Source: Lingula anatina
Taxonomy: Eukaryota; Animalia; Brachiopoda
Length of the DNA: 64,000 bases
NCBI GenBank assembly: GCA_051362555.1
Contig: CM120644.1
Coordinates: 9,184,954-9,248,953, forward strand
Direction: 5' to 3'
Part shown: positions 27,177 to 40,600 of the stretch, piece by piece
Layout: each line of letters begins with the position of its first letter
Position numbering within the stretch: the stretch's first letter is position 1
Program-made: the position numbers and the translations under genes
Notes under the pieces: model-generated
Database searches by the model: none
Told to the model about the DNA's origin: nothing
Seen by the model: the letters and a program-made list of their open reading frames with translations, nothing else

Positions 27177-27528
27177 TGTGACAAATGACAAGCCACTTAT
27201 GAATATTTAGCAGTTAATGTAACTTCTGGTAACTCCGGAAGTCACGTGGTGAATTTGACCTTGTATTAGTATTCATTCATTGTGTGTGCAGAGACCAAGA
27301 GGCACGTGTGTTGTGTGCGGTTGTGTACTCTAGGCGTTGTCCGAAGTTGTTTGTCAGGGGGGTTATATCGGTCTTCTTACATATGCCTTCTTTTTATATA
27401 CCTTATTATGCCACCGTCAGGCCGTTAAATGACTTTATATGCCACAACTGAACTGAATAAACTTTTGGAAAACTAATAATCTTTGTCATTGTTGCCATGC
27501 TATGAAAATATAGAAACACTCGGTTACA
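27177..27528 (+). mobile_element. Probable solo LTR (352 bp) in intron 1 of LRR copy 1
   Basis: tgtgac...gttaca termini, internal aataaa, flanks attg / tttg. The paralogous site in unit 2 (44601, aaaatgattgtcttt) is empty. Confidence 0.55.
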
Positions 27529-28174
27529 TTTGTCTTTTCGTATAAATTAGCAGCGTCAGTCATTTGCTGTGTTAATTTGTTAGCAAATTTAATAATTTAA
27601 GATACTGTGTGCGTCGTACTGAGGTTATAAGAGAAAGTGTAACAAAATGTACTAAATATAAAAGTGGGATTTTAGCATACAATGTATCAATGTATCAACA
27701 ATGTCCCATGCTTATACTGTATATGTGTTTGGGCTCTTACATCTCAACATTACCTGAATTACACTGTACAGGGGTATAGGCTACCTCTGAACGTATCACA
27801 TGCAATAAAAGGTTACCAGCTTTAAATAGGTCATAAAGACGGTGCCACAATCATAAAAAAGAAAATATAGGGTACAAATTATGCATTATTTTTTATGAGT
27901 AAAAGTATGAATACCAGCGCAAAAGAAGACAATGTGAACTGTTTTTAATCCACTCCGTGAAATGAATATTGGCCCCACGCATTTTAAACGTTTTTAACAA
28001 GCCTCACTCAGAGTTTTAGGACAAATATGTTCGAAACTAGGTCAGATTTACGTTCTTCCTTTTATAAAATAAGTATTATCATTTGTACTACATCCATCAC
28101 TACCAATACTACGACCAGTAGTATTACTACATGTACTACTAGTAAATACTGTTATTTACATTTGATGATATGCT

Positions 28175-28587
28175 GCTTGTGAACATAGTAAACCTGAACT
28201 ACTGAGTGAAAGACGGATCAATGCATGCAAAAAATTGTTTATTATATAATTGTTTATTGTATATCAAATGAACCGGATCATAGACTGTATTATCTTTTAC
28301 AACCAAAACAAAATGTCAAATATTCTCTAAGGGAACAGGAAACTTTCAAAAGACCTAAAATTAAAACCAAACGATCAATGAGTGTCTTTTTAACAAGTGC
28401 CATATACAAGTTTCAGAATTAACTGATAGACTTTTATTTCTTTTTTTTTAACCTTGCATTTTAGATATTTTGTTTTAAATTTGCTTACATATGTCTTTTA
28501 TTATTCCTTTATTCTTACTTACTGATGGTTTTATCCAACTGTCATGCAATGATTGTAATTATCCAACCCCCGGGTTGCAAGTTTGAC

Positions 28588-28630
<43 letters not shown>
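28175..28630 (+). mobile_element. 5'-truncated L2/CR1-group LINE 3' end with (AAT)n tail
   Basis: atatgct TSD (28168-28174 and 28631-28637). Degenerate ERRINACKKLF..EPDHRLYYLLQPK..YSLR..RPKIKTKRSMSVF C-terminus. Absent from the paralogous introns. Confidence 0.7.
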
Positions 28631-28633
<3 letters not shown>

Positions 28634-28802
28634 TGCTAATTAGCAGTTTAATTTGAATATTGTTGTCCTTGACCAATTTGTTTTACTGGTGGGTGTTGAA
28701 TACACTGTTTCAGATGACCTTGAAATATTCACCTCTAACTCTTTGTGTATTTATTTATGATGATATTGTAATATTTTTCGCAACTCATTTCAGGGTATCA
28801 AA

Positions 28803-30845
28803 ATGGTTCCTGGGGGTCTCCTTCTTTTCTTTGCAAGTTTACTGGTAGTTGCACCCTCAATATGCCAAGGTGCCTGTTCTATCAATTCTTACTGCTCAGA
28901 CTGTGCCAATTATACTGAGGAAGGACAGACAAAATGGAGATTCTACTGTAACCCTTACAGTACATACTATATAAGTTCTTCACACTTTACGGCTATCAAT
29001 GATACGGTTGATTTATTTCAAGTCAGTTCTTTTTCAACGAGTTCTACACTTACCATCAACAGTGGCGCTTTCCGAAATATCCCTAATACCGTACGTGTAG
29101 ACATCAGGAACACGCGAAGCACCAGTCCTTCAATATATTCGACAGCTTTCTATTACGGTGTACAGAAAAGCCTGCAAACTTTGCTGTTTCGGAGCTCCCA
29201 CCTCACCGCCGTCCCCTCAGCTTTAAGATATCTAACGACTCTACAGGAGCTGGACCTTGGAGGCAATAGAATAAATGGTGACCCATATAACTACCTTAAA
29301 TACCTGACATCGCTGCGGTCGCTGTGGCTTGATAACAACCGCTTATATAGTAGTATCCCAGCATCATTGGAGCGCCTACCTAATCTCCAGAAATTGTCAC
29401 TCGCAAGCTGCTACCTTAACCGAAGTTCTCTCACGTCATTCGGCAAGCTGCCAAGGTCGTTAGAATGGCTGAATCTTTATAATAATTACCGCCTTATTGA
29501 AGTACCTTCGGGTATTGGCTTGCTTCGGAATCTGACCTATTTAAACATGAGATACTGTCTTCTGAACTCTCTGCCGGTCAATGTCTTCGCCAATTTGAAC
29601 AAGTTGGAGATCCTAGATCTAAGTCAAAACCCTAGTATTACTTCATATCTTGATGTTCTTGTCAATCAAAAGTCGTTGAAAGTTCTTAAACTTTCCTACA
29701 TGGGTTCTTCTTTAACAGACATACCTAATGCAGTATCTGGCATGGAAAAGATGGAAGAACTTGACTTAAACAATAATAAAATACGAGGAGTAAATCAAAA
29801 CCATTTTGCTAAAATGGTAAACTTAAGGAAACTCAATCTGGCCAACAATGAAATAACTTCTCTTGACCCGCTGTCATTCCAATACTGCGACCAGCTGGAA
29901 GAACTGGACTTTAGTTATAACCTGATACAGGAAGTCAACCCAATCCATTTTGTTGCACAGGTACGGTTGAGAAAGATCAATCTGAGATCCAACAGGATCC
30001 ATTCCCTTGGTCCACGGTTGTTTCAGAACTGCATAAACTTAAAAAATGTTGACTTTTTGAACAACGTGATCACCAAAATCGATCAAAATGTATTTATCGG
30101 TCCGTCACAATCCCTGGGGTATGTCGACCTGCGTAATAATAAATTTGACACGTTTCACAAGTGTATAGTTGCAAAACTAGAGTCATTACAAAAATTATAC
30201 TTCTCAACCGAATTTTTTAATTGCGATTGCCGTTTAGCCTGGATTCGACAACTTAACAACCAATACGGTTCCAGGGTATCTGTCGGTGGGTCCTGTTATC
30301 AACCAAGAGAGCTATACGGTCGGGCAGTGTCTTCTTATCCGCTAGATGGTTGCACACCTGACGATGAAAGTTTTCAAAGCTGCAACATTGCCTCAACCGC
30401 GAACCCCGATACAAAGACGGAACCCATGCCTACTAGCAAGGCTTTGAACCGTTCGTTCGTCAATTCAGCCCAACTATCCAGTTTGAATAAAGACCTCCGT
30501 AGCGTTCAAACTATCACAACTGTGTCTGTATCCGTCGCCGTTTTCGCCGCCATGGCATTCGTCGCTACTCTCGTCGTATTGCTGACATGCTTCTTCAGGC
30601 GACGAACCCGAGTGCCTTCAAATGGGAGGAGCCAGGGTCAGGTCAATCAAGGTCTCCAGCTATCCGAAGGGGTCCAGGGTGAAAGGTCACCTGAAGGTCA
30701 AACATCTGGAGATAATTTGTATCAGAACACGGAAGGGATGGCCAGCATCGCCCCCAGTGGCGCCTATGAACTTCTGAGGAAAGATGGGCGGGTTTTGAAA
30801 CAACATAGAGGCCATTACGCCTCCTCCCCTGTAGTTGATAAGTAA
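28803..30845 (+). CDS. LRR single-pass receptor copy 1 (signal peptide, LRRNT, LRR array, LRRCT, TM, Tyr-motif tail, no TIR domain), 680 aa
   Basis: LxxLxLxxNxI repeats, Cys-rich N-cap, FNCDCRLAWI..CYQP LRRCT, TM followed by RRR, tail motifs NLYQN / AYELL / HYAS. Confidence 0.92.
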   Translation: MVPGGLLLFFASLLVVAPSICQGACSINSYCSDCANYTEEGQTKWRFYCNPYSTYYISSSHFTAINDTVDLFQVSSFSTSSTLTINSGAFRNIPNTVRVDIRNTRSTSPSIYSTAFYYGVQKSLQTLLFRSSHLTAVPSALRYLTTLQELDLGGNRINGDPYNYLKYLTSLRSLWLDNNRLYSSIPASLERLPNLQKLSLASCYLNRSSLTSFGKLPRSLEWLNLYNNYRLIEVPSGIGLLRNLTYLNMRYCLLNSLPVNVFANLNKLEILDLSQNPSITSYLDVLVNQKSLKVLKLSYMGSSLTDIPNAVSGMEKMEELDLNNNKIRGVNQNHFAKMVNLRKLNLANNEITSLDPLSFQYCDQLEELDFSYNLIQEVNPIHFVAQVRLRKINLRSNRIHSLGPRLFQNCINLKNVDFLNNVITKIDQNVFIGPSQSLGYVDLRNNKFDTFHKCIVAKLESLQKLYFSTEFFNCDCRLAWIRQLNNQYGSRVSVGGSCYQPRELYGRAVSSYPLDGCTPDDESFQSCNIASTANPDTKTEPMPTSKALNRSFVNSAQLSSLNKDLRSVQTITTVSVSVAVFAAMAFVATLVVLLTCFFRRRTRVPSNGRSQGQVNQGLQLSEGVQGERSPEGQTSGDNLYQNTEGMASIAPSGAYELLRKDGRVLKQHRGHYASSPVVDK

Positions 30846-31863
30846 ATAGTAGAATATTCCGCCTTCATTGTCTTGTGCTATTTTATGTCGGTTTTATTAA
30901 TTTTTTGCAATGCAATTTGTTTTTACGAGTGAAGGAACAGTTACCCAGTTCATACACTGTAGTAATTTTCTGATTTATAAAATTTGAATTAATCAGATCA
31001 TGTGATAATAGGTACGGTACATCGGGATTTATTAAGTTTGTAAATACACATAGGAAAAACCCCATAAATATCTACTGTATGTCAATATTGTCAGATCACG
31101 GATGTGCCAATGCTCACTACTGTTTTAGTGTACAACCTGCACTTGCCTACTGCATGCGCGCTAATGCTGTCGAGCACACACTCTTGATAAAGGACCAATA
31201 ATTTTCCAATAGAATCCAGTGCTTTCACTGTAATATCCTTAGGCATATTTACTGACTGGATAGGGTTTGATTTGTTACGTCAGCATCAAATATTTAAACT
31301 GCATCCTTTTTTTTGTCTCGTGAATATAAACGGGAAATATTGTGATGGTTCAGGACTTAGGCCCTACATGTTGTAAATGAAGTGGAGAGGCTAATTGTGA
31401 TTATTTTTACCTGCTTGTAGTCTTTCCTGGTTAATAACCATTTGAAATCCAAAAATGACAAATTATTTGTGTTCATGTGTACCTTTGATACTTCAGTCAA
31501 ATGACGTGGAAAGTTGTATAAAGTGCATATTATTATTATCATTATAACCATAGAAATAAAACCATGTAGAATAGGTGCCAAAGGCATGTTCTTCTAATTC
31601 CAATTTTCCCAACCTATTGCAACATAAATTAATGAAATATAAACATTTATACTTGATGTTGCCTATTGCATCTGTATCTGGAAGTACCAGCTTTGTAAAT
31701 AACGTCGTGGGTATTAAACTTGAAACATTTGGTAAAAAAACATAATTTCAAAATTGGAGTTTTAAAAGGTATTACAGAATCCTAATGTGACGTTATTTCG
31801 GAAGTTATAGACTACTTGTTCCATACCCTTTCTCTGGATATTCACTCGTCTACCACTGAACTC

Positions 31864-32028
31864 AGAAACCTTCCCTGAAAACTTCGACCAGGGGAGCAAA
31901 GACTGTGTGCCTAAAGGAAGCGACACCTTTGCTCCAGCGATTATTGCTTTACCAGCGCCGCCTATAGGTGATCGGGACTGTGAAATTTGTGAAATTAGCG
32001 GTTTGCCTGACCGTGAAAACGGCGGGGT
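31864..32028 (+). pseudogene. 3' fragment of the adaptor gene at the unit-2 junction
   Basis: GSDTFAPAIIALPAPPIGDRD matches adaptor GSDTYAPAVIAHPAPPIGERD. It joins directly to the adaptor 3'-UTR homolog (23740 onward) and lacks the last codons. Confidence 0.8.
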
Positions 32029-35000
32029 GCACTGTGTGTTTGTTTTTTGCTCGATTAATGAATACTTTATTTTGCATATAATATCTTGTGATTTATTTAA
32101 TTTTGTCAAAGCTCTTATGGCCAAAGGTTCAAATGAAATTATATCAAAGTTTCTATAATCAGTTATCAAATGTTCTAAAATATAATATAACTTTAAGAAC
32201 GAGATGTTTACGGGATCAAGCAACTGGTACGTACGTATTGATGGTCTGTGCTTGTAGGAAACATTGTTTCACACAGGTTGACACCACTACTAGAGAGCAG
32301 CCTTGGAAAGGAGCACTTCATTGGTTGTATTTGTATGTGACGATGAAGTAAAGGGGATATGAGTTAGCATATCTAAGTCCCATACCTTAAAATAATATTG
32401 ATTTTGTTATTTTCGAAGAAGCGCCGCTAAAAAAGGTTTATTCATAAAATTTAAGCAGTTGAGAATATTTATTAAAAAGATAAAAAGCATAAAAAAAAAC
32501 ACATCATTAATTAAAAAAAAAAACAGCGTTTTGTCTTACTTCCTGTCGTGACTAAGAAATCCAAAGGAAGCCACGAGTATAGCCTATTAACAAACAGTTC
32601 ATGGAACGTCCACTAATGAAATATTCCTTCAAGATTTAACAATGTTCTTTTATTAGCGTGTTGGATTTTACAGAGAATAATATAAGTAAATAAAACAAGT
32701 CTTTGATAACTTAAACAACAGATTGAATGATCCGAAATGTATATCTATTCCTTATTGTTGAATTCGATTATCATTGACTTAGTATTTTTAAGGTGTACTT
32801 TGCGTGATGAAGATAGTAGCTACTTGAGATATCAATTGTATATTATGCGTCATATCCTACTGCAATGCTGCATTATATCTACGAGCAATTGTCTACTTAG
32901 TCGGTTGTACTAGGCAAGCTTCAACCTGTTAATCAGTGGACACAAATCTAATGGTTTTAGTTAAAAAAGGGACACTTTGGAAATGATTAATGCAAATTAA
33001 TGTGAGGTAACCTTAGCAAAGTCTATTGAGTTAACTTTATCAATGCCCATTTCTATATCATTGACATCTTTTACTGGCGTTAATCAGTATTTATTAATTA
33101 TCATACACTGAGTGCCGCGTACAGATTATGGAGTGCTCACGATTACCCTGCTTAAAGAACACGTGCATTGAATTGATTATTTATCTTTGAACGCAGCCGA
33201 ATATTTTGGAGGTCGAGTTATATTTTTCTCACAAGCTCCTACTCACTGGAACTTCAACTCGATACAACATTTGAAGAAAGGATTATTTTGAAAAAAAAAA
33301 TGTGAATAACGATTAATTCAGCTCTCTTATGGGACTATAGTGACTATAGTATAGTGAAGGCGATGTGACACATGGCACGTATGATATGTACATGTACATG
33401 TAGTTACTATACATGTACAATAGAGGGTCATATGAGGGGGTAGTAACCACGGTTTTCGGGAAACAAAATCATTAAATCATAAATCACAGTAAATGCATAA
33501 ATATGTACATATAGTTACTGTACATTTACACTGGAGGGTCCCATTAGGCGGTGGGGGGGGGGAGGGTAGCGATCACGGTTCACGGGAAGCAAAATCATTA
33601 GTTAAAAAAAAATTACAGTAAATAAAACGGTATTCATATACCATTGGTGATGCAAATCCGGCGAGTTGAAAGTCACCAATCACAAAGTATAAAAGTACGA
33701 GGGGGAAAAACAGTATTCACGAGTCATGGAAATGGGGTGCTTCACGGATCGGATAGTACGAACTTTTCGTGCCTCTTGGGAAATAAAAAGTGACTTTACG
33801 AGTAACGAAAATATTCAATGGGACCCTGACACTATCTGCAGTTACATGTACCGGTAAATGAGTTCAGACGGAAGATATTTATAACAAATTACAATCTAAC
33901 TAGCCTGATAGGGATATCAGAGGAAATAGAGACAGCGAGGTACACGGTAGCCCTACCTAGCAGACGAATATTGGTCAACAGTGAAATTTTACGATTTTTT
34001 GTGGTCCGTGCCTTCGATTCAAAGGAAATCAAAAGTTATAATAAAACCAAGAGGACTTTCGCGGGATTGAGGGGAGAATTGGCTCATAAATAAGGGCAGA
34101 CTAGCAAGGGCTGCGTGGCAACGAGTAAAAGCCGACAAAATGAACGTACATATTTTTTCGGTTTTTTTGTCTTTCTAATTGCAATTTATTGAACGACATT
34201 GTGAATACACCATGGTTTGCGTGCCACTGTTATTTTGCTTTGTAAAACATCATCAAGTTGCGCATAGAGTTTCATCTAACAACTAGTCTGTCTTCATTCA
34301 GAACTGCGGATTAACTATTCCGCGGATCAAATATTACCGACAGCTTGAATGCTTGTTGCATAATAATGTAGTCAGTGTCTATAAGGGTATTAGACCGCAA
34401 GCTTTTAAACGGGTGGCCATTTTTGATCCGAGGTTCTGAAGGCGGCCCAAAACTGTATTCATAACTAGGTGATCCGTGAACTAATTTTTACGAGGATTTA
34501 ATATGCTGCCCACTGAAAAGCCAGTCGTAAAACCCCCTAACAATAATGTAACGGATACTCCGCCTCTCACACGTGCTGCCCGAACAGTGGAGGAACTATT
34601 GAACCTCGAATTGCTTTCAATTGGGCCGCGCCATATTTGATCAACGGACTAGTTAACTCGCGGATCAAGTGGTTGTGAATGCTCTCTTAGAAAAGATGGA
34701 AGTTTGGCTGAACGCTTCAACTTCAAACTAAATGACACATAATAATAAAATGAATTTTCAAATGCAAACAAAACGATTAACAAATACATGAAAAAAAAAA
34801 CGATTGAAAAAAATTGCCATACACTTGGCAATATACCAACTTATCATTTACTGTTTATCAGTATTTATAACATTGAGCACCGTAGAGAGATTAAGAAGTG
34901 GCCTCAATGAACCCGTTTAAAGGAGGAATTAGATTTCATCTTAAAGAAAGATTATCATTATCACGCAAGCGACTAAAGCTTATGAAGACAAAGTATTTAA

Positions 35001-35837
35001 GTTGTGTGACTCATGTAAGTTAGAAATATTAACAGGACATGTATGTACAGTGTATGCTACGCGTGATAATGAATTATTGAGAAACAATGTAAGAAGAAGG
35101 TTGTAATTAAAGATAAGAATTTGCGTCGCTGGATGGTTAACAATCTGTTTCATTTATCAATAATTAACCACCAACAAACAAATATAAGAGTACATGAGGC
35201 AAAAAGCAGTTACCAAGTACAAAACACAAGTTACAAAGTAAAATGATAATATCTGACCTGATAAATGAAGCTATATGGTAAACGTGTGTAATCTAGTGTA
35301 CATGGTTTATTTATCTAGCAAACAACCGACGGATTTGGCTATCATATACAGATGCTTGTGGAATACGTGACAGAAGGCAACACACATACAGTTGCTTCTA
35401 TATACTAATGTCCTGATCTTAACAGCTCGGTAAGTACATGTAGTATAGGTACATTTTTCGTTCATACGCTGAATATATTATTTATTTATCTCAATAGAAA
35501 GGGTAACAGGTGTTTGGTAAAACAAGTGATTGCTGGGTGTCATTTAGTTACACTTTCAAATAGGTTCACTTATCAGAGTACAGAAGGTAATGATGAACAA
35601 TGGCGGGCATAGACATAACTGCTATCTTTGCAAAGGCAGGTCTTCAGCACAAACACTGCAATTCAACTGGCAATCAAGAGTGCATCAATTGCTCATTCTT
35701 CAACATACGAATTTATCTTTCAAGCAAAAGATTACTGCTAGATAATTTCGTCAAAAGACCTGTGTTATTAAAGTAATATATATTTTGCACTACTTGAAAT
35801 TAATGACAAAGTAGGCGGATTGTCATTGAACACTATT

Positions 35838-36525
35838 TAGGTGAGCGGCAAAACCCCAAAAAGTGCTTTATTTAAGGAGTTTAGTGTCCCCTTTATACAC
35901 AGACCTGAATTATATACCATTTGAAAGCTAAGAGTCTGCTGGTAAAAGTTAGACATGATGTGGAAATGGCAATTGCCTGCGTAACCATGGAAACGGACAA
36001 AATCCAAGATGGCCGCCTGTTTTTATGCATTTTTTCTGAAAATACAAATCATTAAAAAACATACCTAAAACATTGTGTGTCCAATGGCCTTTACATGTTT
36101 TGTGATGGGGGAGGTTATGGGCTAAAAAAAACACCATTCCAGAATTTCAAGATGGCCGCCGTTTTCAAGATGGCGGCCGTTGTTCATGGAAAATTGGTCA
36201 AATTTTCTCTTTTTGTTCCCAATCTTTACATATAAAATCAAAATTGTAATGTTCACATAGTTATTTTGGGGTGGATTATACAAAGTAGACATATTTTCAT
36301 TTTTATATGGTATTTGGTTAAATTTGGGTGATGTTAAAGCAGTCAATTTTAAATATTCAACATGGCCGCCCTGAAATGCAAATTTCCATGACATGGGCTT
36401 TGGTTCACTTTAATTATTAAATAAATCATTTTTATTAGCAAGCTCACACACAAATTTGTGCTAGATGTTAAATACTTCATGATGCCTCACACAACCTCTT
36501 CAAGATGGCCACAATTTTCAAAATG
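35838..36525 (+). repeat. Left TIR of Academ element (~690 bp)
   Basis: Near reverse complement of 43633-44309; contains repeated CAA(G/C/A)ATGGC(C/G)G motifs. Confidence 0.9.
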
Positions 36526-37632
36526 GCGTCCATTTTCTAATTAAAATTCACTTAACTAACATATCTAAAAGCGAGGTTTATATATACATGAATAAAATAT
36601 TCCATTTACAAAAATGAAAAAAAAAAATTAAATGTACAGTAGAAATTTTAATTTACCTTGATATATTTTTGAGATTTATTGATTTATTGATGTCTTAATA
36701 TGATAAATGCAAATTATATGACATTACCTTATATGTATGCATTCTATGCTGGCGACATAAATAGTCAAATTCACACAGCTTACATGCTAGAAAACAGCAT
36801 GTGACAATTTATATCACTCTTCTTACACTGGCTTAAAGAATGTTGTAGGTCTCCAAATTAAAAAGAAAAAACCTACTAGTTAATTTAAAATGACTGCAAA
36901 ATCCAATATGGCCGCCAACATTAAATTATCATTATTGCATTTTATATTGCACTCATGTGGGCTTTATACGTAAATGTCATTATTATATTAGAAATTCATG
37001 TCCTTTCTCATTAAATGAAGTAATTTTTATAATCTAATTTAAGGGGAAATAAATATTAGGTTTGAAATATAGCAGAAAATGGTTACAAACATGACCCCTC
37101 TATCACACATGTTTTGTTTACCTTTGTAATTGTGTCATTTCCCATAAGCCTCTTATGTAGGTCACATCCCATAATAACAAGTTGTTGTCAGCAAGATGTG
37201 AAATCAGTATGAAATCATCTAGGTAAATTTACACAATCAAGTCCTTTTGTATTAATTTTAAATTGTCAAATCATAAGAACTAGAACATAAATATTTGATG
37301 TGATTAACTAAAACAATAATAAGTCTCAATTAGCTATGGACAAACAAAGAAAGTGTTAGAACCCTCCTATACATATTGTTTATCATTTCTATTACAATGC
37401 ATATATGTCCACGTACATTTGTTCTATTCTTTACAGTATATCAAGTGATGACAACAGCTTCTAGGATTGTCTCTTATACATTTGGAATGTTGATATGGTT
37501 TCTCCATTATGCCCATACTCCTCTATGACTTGCACTACATAACAGAATATCAGCATTCTATCTACCTGGTCACTGGCTTGCACCTTTCTCCTCTCACTTC
37601 TCTGCACCTATCGACCTTTTACTCCACACACT

Positions 37633-40600
37633 ATGGCAGGTAAAAGATTTACAAATTTGTGTGCATACTTGTGATACTCTTATAAATAAATTGTGTTGAA
37701 TGTATATTCAAAACAAAAAAAAAAATTAAATATCATAAGCAATTTGTTTTTTTTCCTGTGGCATAATTGTCCCTTGTTCATTTTGTATGCCCTAAAATCC
37801 ATAAAATTGTTTTAGAATCTGATGGAAGTCCAATAAAGTTGAAGAAAAGAAGACTTGTTTTGACAGACTTTTCAAAATGTGTTGTGTGTCAAGAAAACAC
37901 AGAATCAAAGCTATCTACAGCTGTTTCCTCAGGTCATGAATCAATAATAAATGCTGCAACTGTTAGAAAAGATGAGGTTTATTACCGTCTGAAGGATGAA
38001 TTTACTAGTTTGAGTGATGTTCCCACTGTTAAGTATCACAGACATTGCTTTCAAGTGTATACAAGTAAGTCAAACTTAAAACACAAGTCCAGAAATGTAT
38101 CTGAAGAATCCCCCACCTTCCAAGATGGCATGTCTTCATCAGGGCAACCCCAAAGAAAACATGGGACTGACTGGTCATGTTGTGTGATTTGTTCTAAGAA
38201 AACACATAAGGGTCAACAAAAATTACACAAAATAGAAACTTTTGAAAGAGAACAAAAACTCAAAGATGCTGCTGTTCAACGAGGTGACGACTTTATGACG
38301 TTTAAGATAGCAGGTGAAGATTTGATTGCAAAGGATGCTGTATATCATGCATCCTGTCTTTCCTCTTATATAAGTAAAACCAATCTGACTTATCGTCCCT
38401 CAATGAAATCTGATAATGAATATGATGTTGCATTTTATGAACTGATAGCAGAAATAGATACTGATCTGATGGCAAATAATAAAGCTTTTATGCTGTCTAG
38501 CCTTCTTGACAGGTATAGGTCTCTGCTTCCTTCTAGTGCAGTGGCTTCAAATTATCGTGGTGAAAAGCTCAAAATGAGATTAAAAAAGCATTATGGTGAT
38601 GCTGTGTCATTTCTTGTACAATATGGACAAGGGAAGTCCACTGTTGTGTTTTGCAGTAAAATTTCTTTAGGCGACGCTATCAAAGCTGCCCAAAGAATCA
38701 AACAAGACCTGATCTCATCAATTTCACTAGGTCCAGAAGATACAGCAACAGAAGATGCTGATCACTTGTCTTCTGATGAGTCAATTGTTTACAAAGCAGT
38801 TTCTATCTTGAGATCAGAGATAGAAAAAACTGGCCCTTCTGAATGCTTTCCGTCACCAAGTGATATTAGCCTACAGAAATCAAGCCAATTTGTCCCAGGT
38901 TTGCTTCAAAAGTTTGTTCTTTGGTTAACCAACTTAGATGCATATAATGCAATGAGCAATGATTTCCCATCATCTGATGCTGTACGCAGAAGATGTCTGG
39001 CTATTGCTGAGTGCATAATGTTCAGCTGTTGCAAAGTTCTCCCCCCTCTACAAGTAGGACTTGCAGCACAACTGCACAATGAGTTTGGTTCTCGGAGTTT
39101 GATAGACACCTTGCACAGCCACGGTTTTTGCATCTCCTATGATGATCTTAGAAGATTAATGACATGCATTGCTGAGTTAGAGGTTGAGAGGCAGCAAGAT
39201 GGTGTCTACATTCCACATGGCATTGTGTCACGCTGTGATGGTGGTCGTTTCATCCATGAGGGTGACGACAACATTGATATTAACGTAGAGACCGTGGATG
39301 GAAAAAATACCTTCCATGCAATGGCCAGAGTAGTTTTTCAAGAGCAAGATCTACATCTCCCTGTGAGTAGAAGAATCCCATTAAAAGTTGGGAAGTCTAA
39401 GGCACTTGTTCTCTCTGAAAAATCCGAATCACTGATGGAATGCACACCATTTCAGAAACCAAAGACACGTCCTGAACCACCGAGAAGAGAGAAGGTTTTA
39501 GAACAGCTGAATTATTACAAAGAGAATGTAATGCAAGTCAAAGATATGGCATGGTGCCTTTTGAGAATGCTTCACCGAAGTATCCTACCTGTAGAAGTTG
39601 AGCCTTCACACCAGCAAGTCATTCCATTCTGGACAGGATTCAATCATAGGCTGGCTGTGAAGAAAACGACCTATACTGCTGTTGCATATGCGCCAGTTCT
39701 CGATGCTAAGCCTACAGACATGTCCACGGTTTACACCACAATGCTGAAGTGTCGGGATATGAGTACTTCACTCGGACAGCAGTTTGCAGTACAAACGATG
39801 GACCAACAGCTATATGCCATTGCCCAGCAAGTGAAATGGTCCTTGCCTGATGAGTTTGGTTGTCATGTCATTAGGATGGGTGGTTTCCATACACTTTCAT
39901 GCTTCATTGCGTCTATTGGAAAAATTTGGGCTGATGCAGGTTTGTTGGATCTCATTGTTGATTCTGATGTGTATGCAGCATCCACTGCTGAGCAGATGTT
40001 GTGTGGAAAACAATTTAGCAGGGCAGTAAGAGGGCTAACTTTGGTATTTGAAGCTCTGACGGCTCTCAAATTGTCAGCTTTCATAGTTTGGTGCCAAAGA
40101 CGAAATTGCCAGGTTTCACAGTTGGTGTGGGATGAGGTGTTAAATGCTCAGGAGTTGTACAAGTCTGGTGTTGTAGGTTTTATGGATGACTTGTCTGAAA
40201 GTTTGTCTGAGCTCCTGTTGCCAACTTTCTCAAAATTCCAGGCCTGGGGGCGAAGGGAATCTCCCACATTTCAGTTTTGGGACAACCTCCTTCAAGCTCT
40301 TCATATTCTTTTAACCTTTGTTAGAGCAGAGCGCTCTGGTGACTGGGAGATGCACCTTGTCTCAGTTAGGGCAATGTTGCCGTATTTGTTTGCGACAAAT
40401 AGGACAAACTATGCTCGATGGACCCCAGTCTACCTGCTAGATATGTTAAATCTTCCTCAAGAGGTTAAGAGTGCATTTGGAGCGGGAGAATTTGTAGTAC
40501 GGCAAGTACCTGGAAGATTTAATGGCATTTGGAGTGACATGGGAACAGAGAAGACGGTCATAAAGGATGCAAAAGGAGCCAGTGGCATTGTGGGCCTTAC

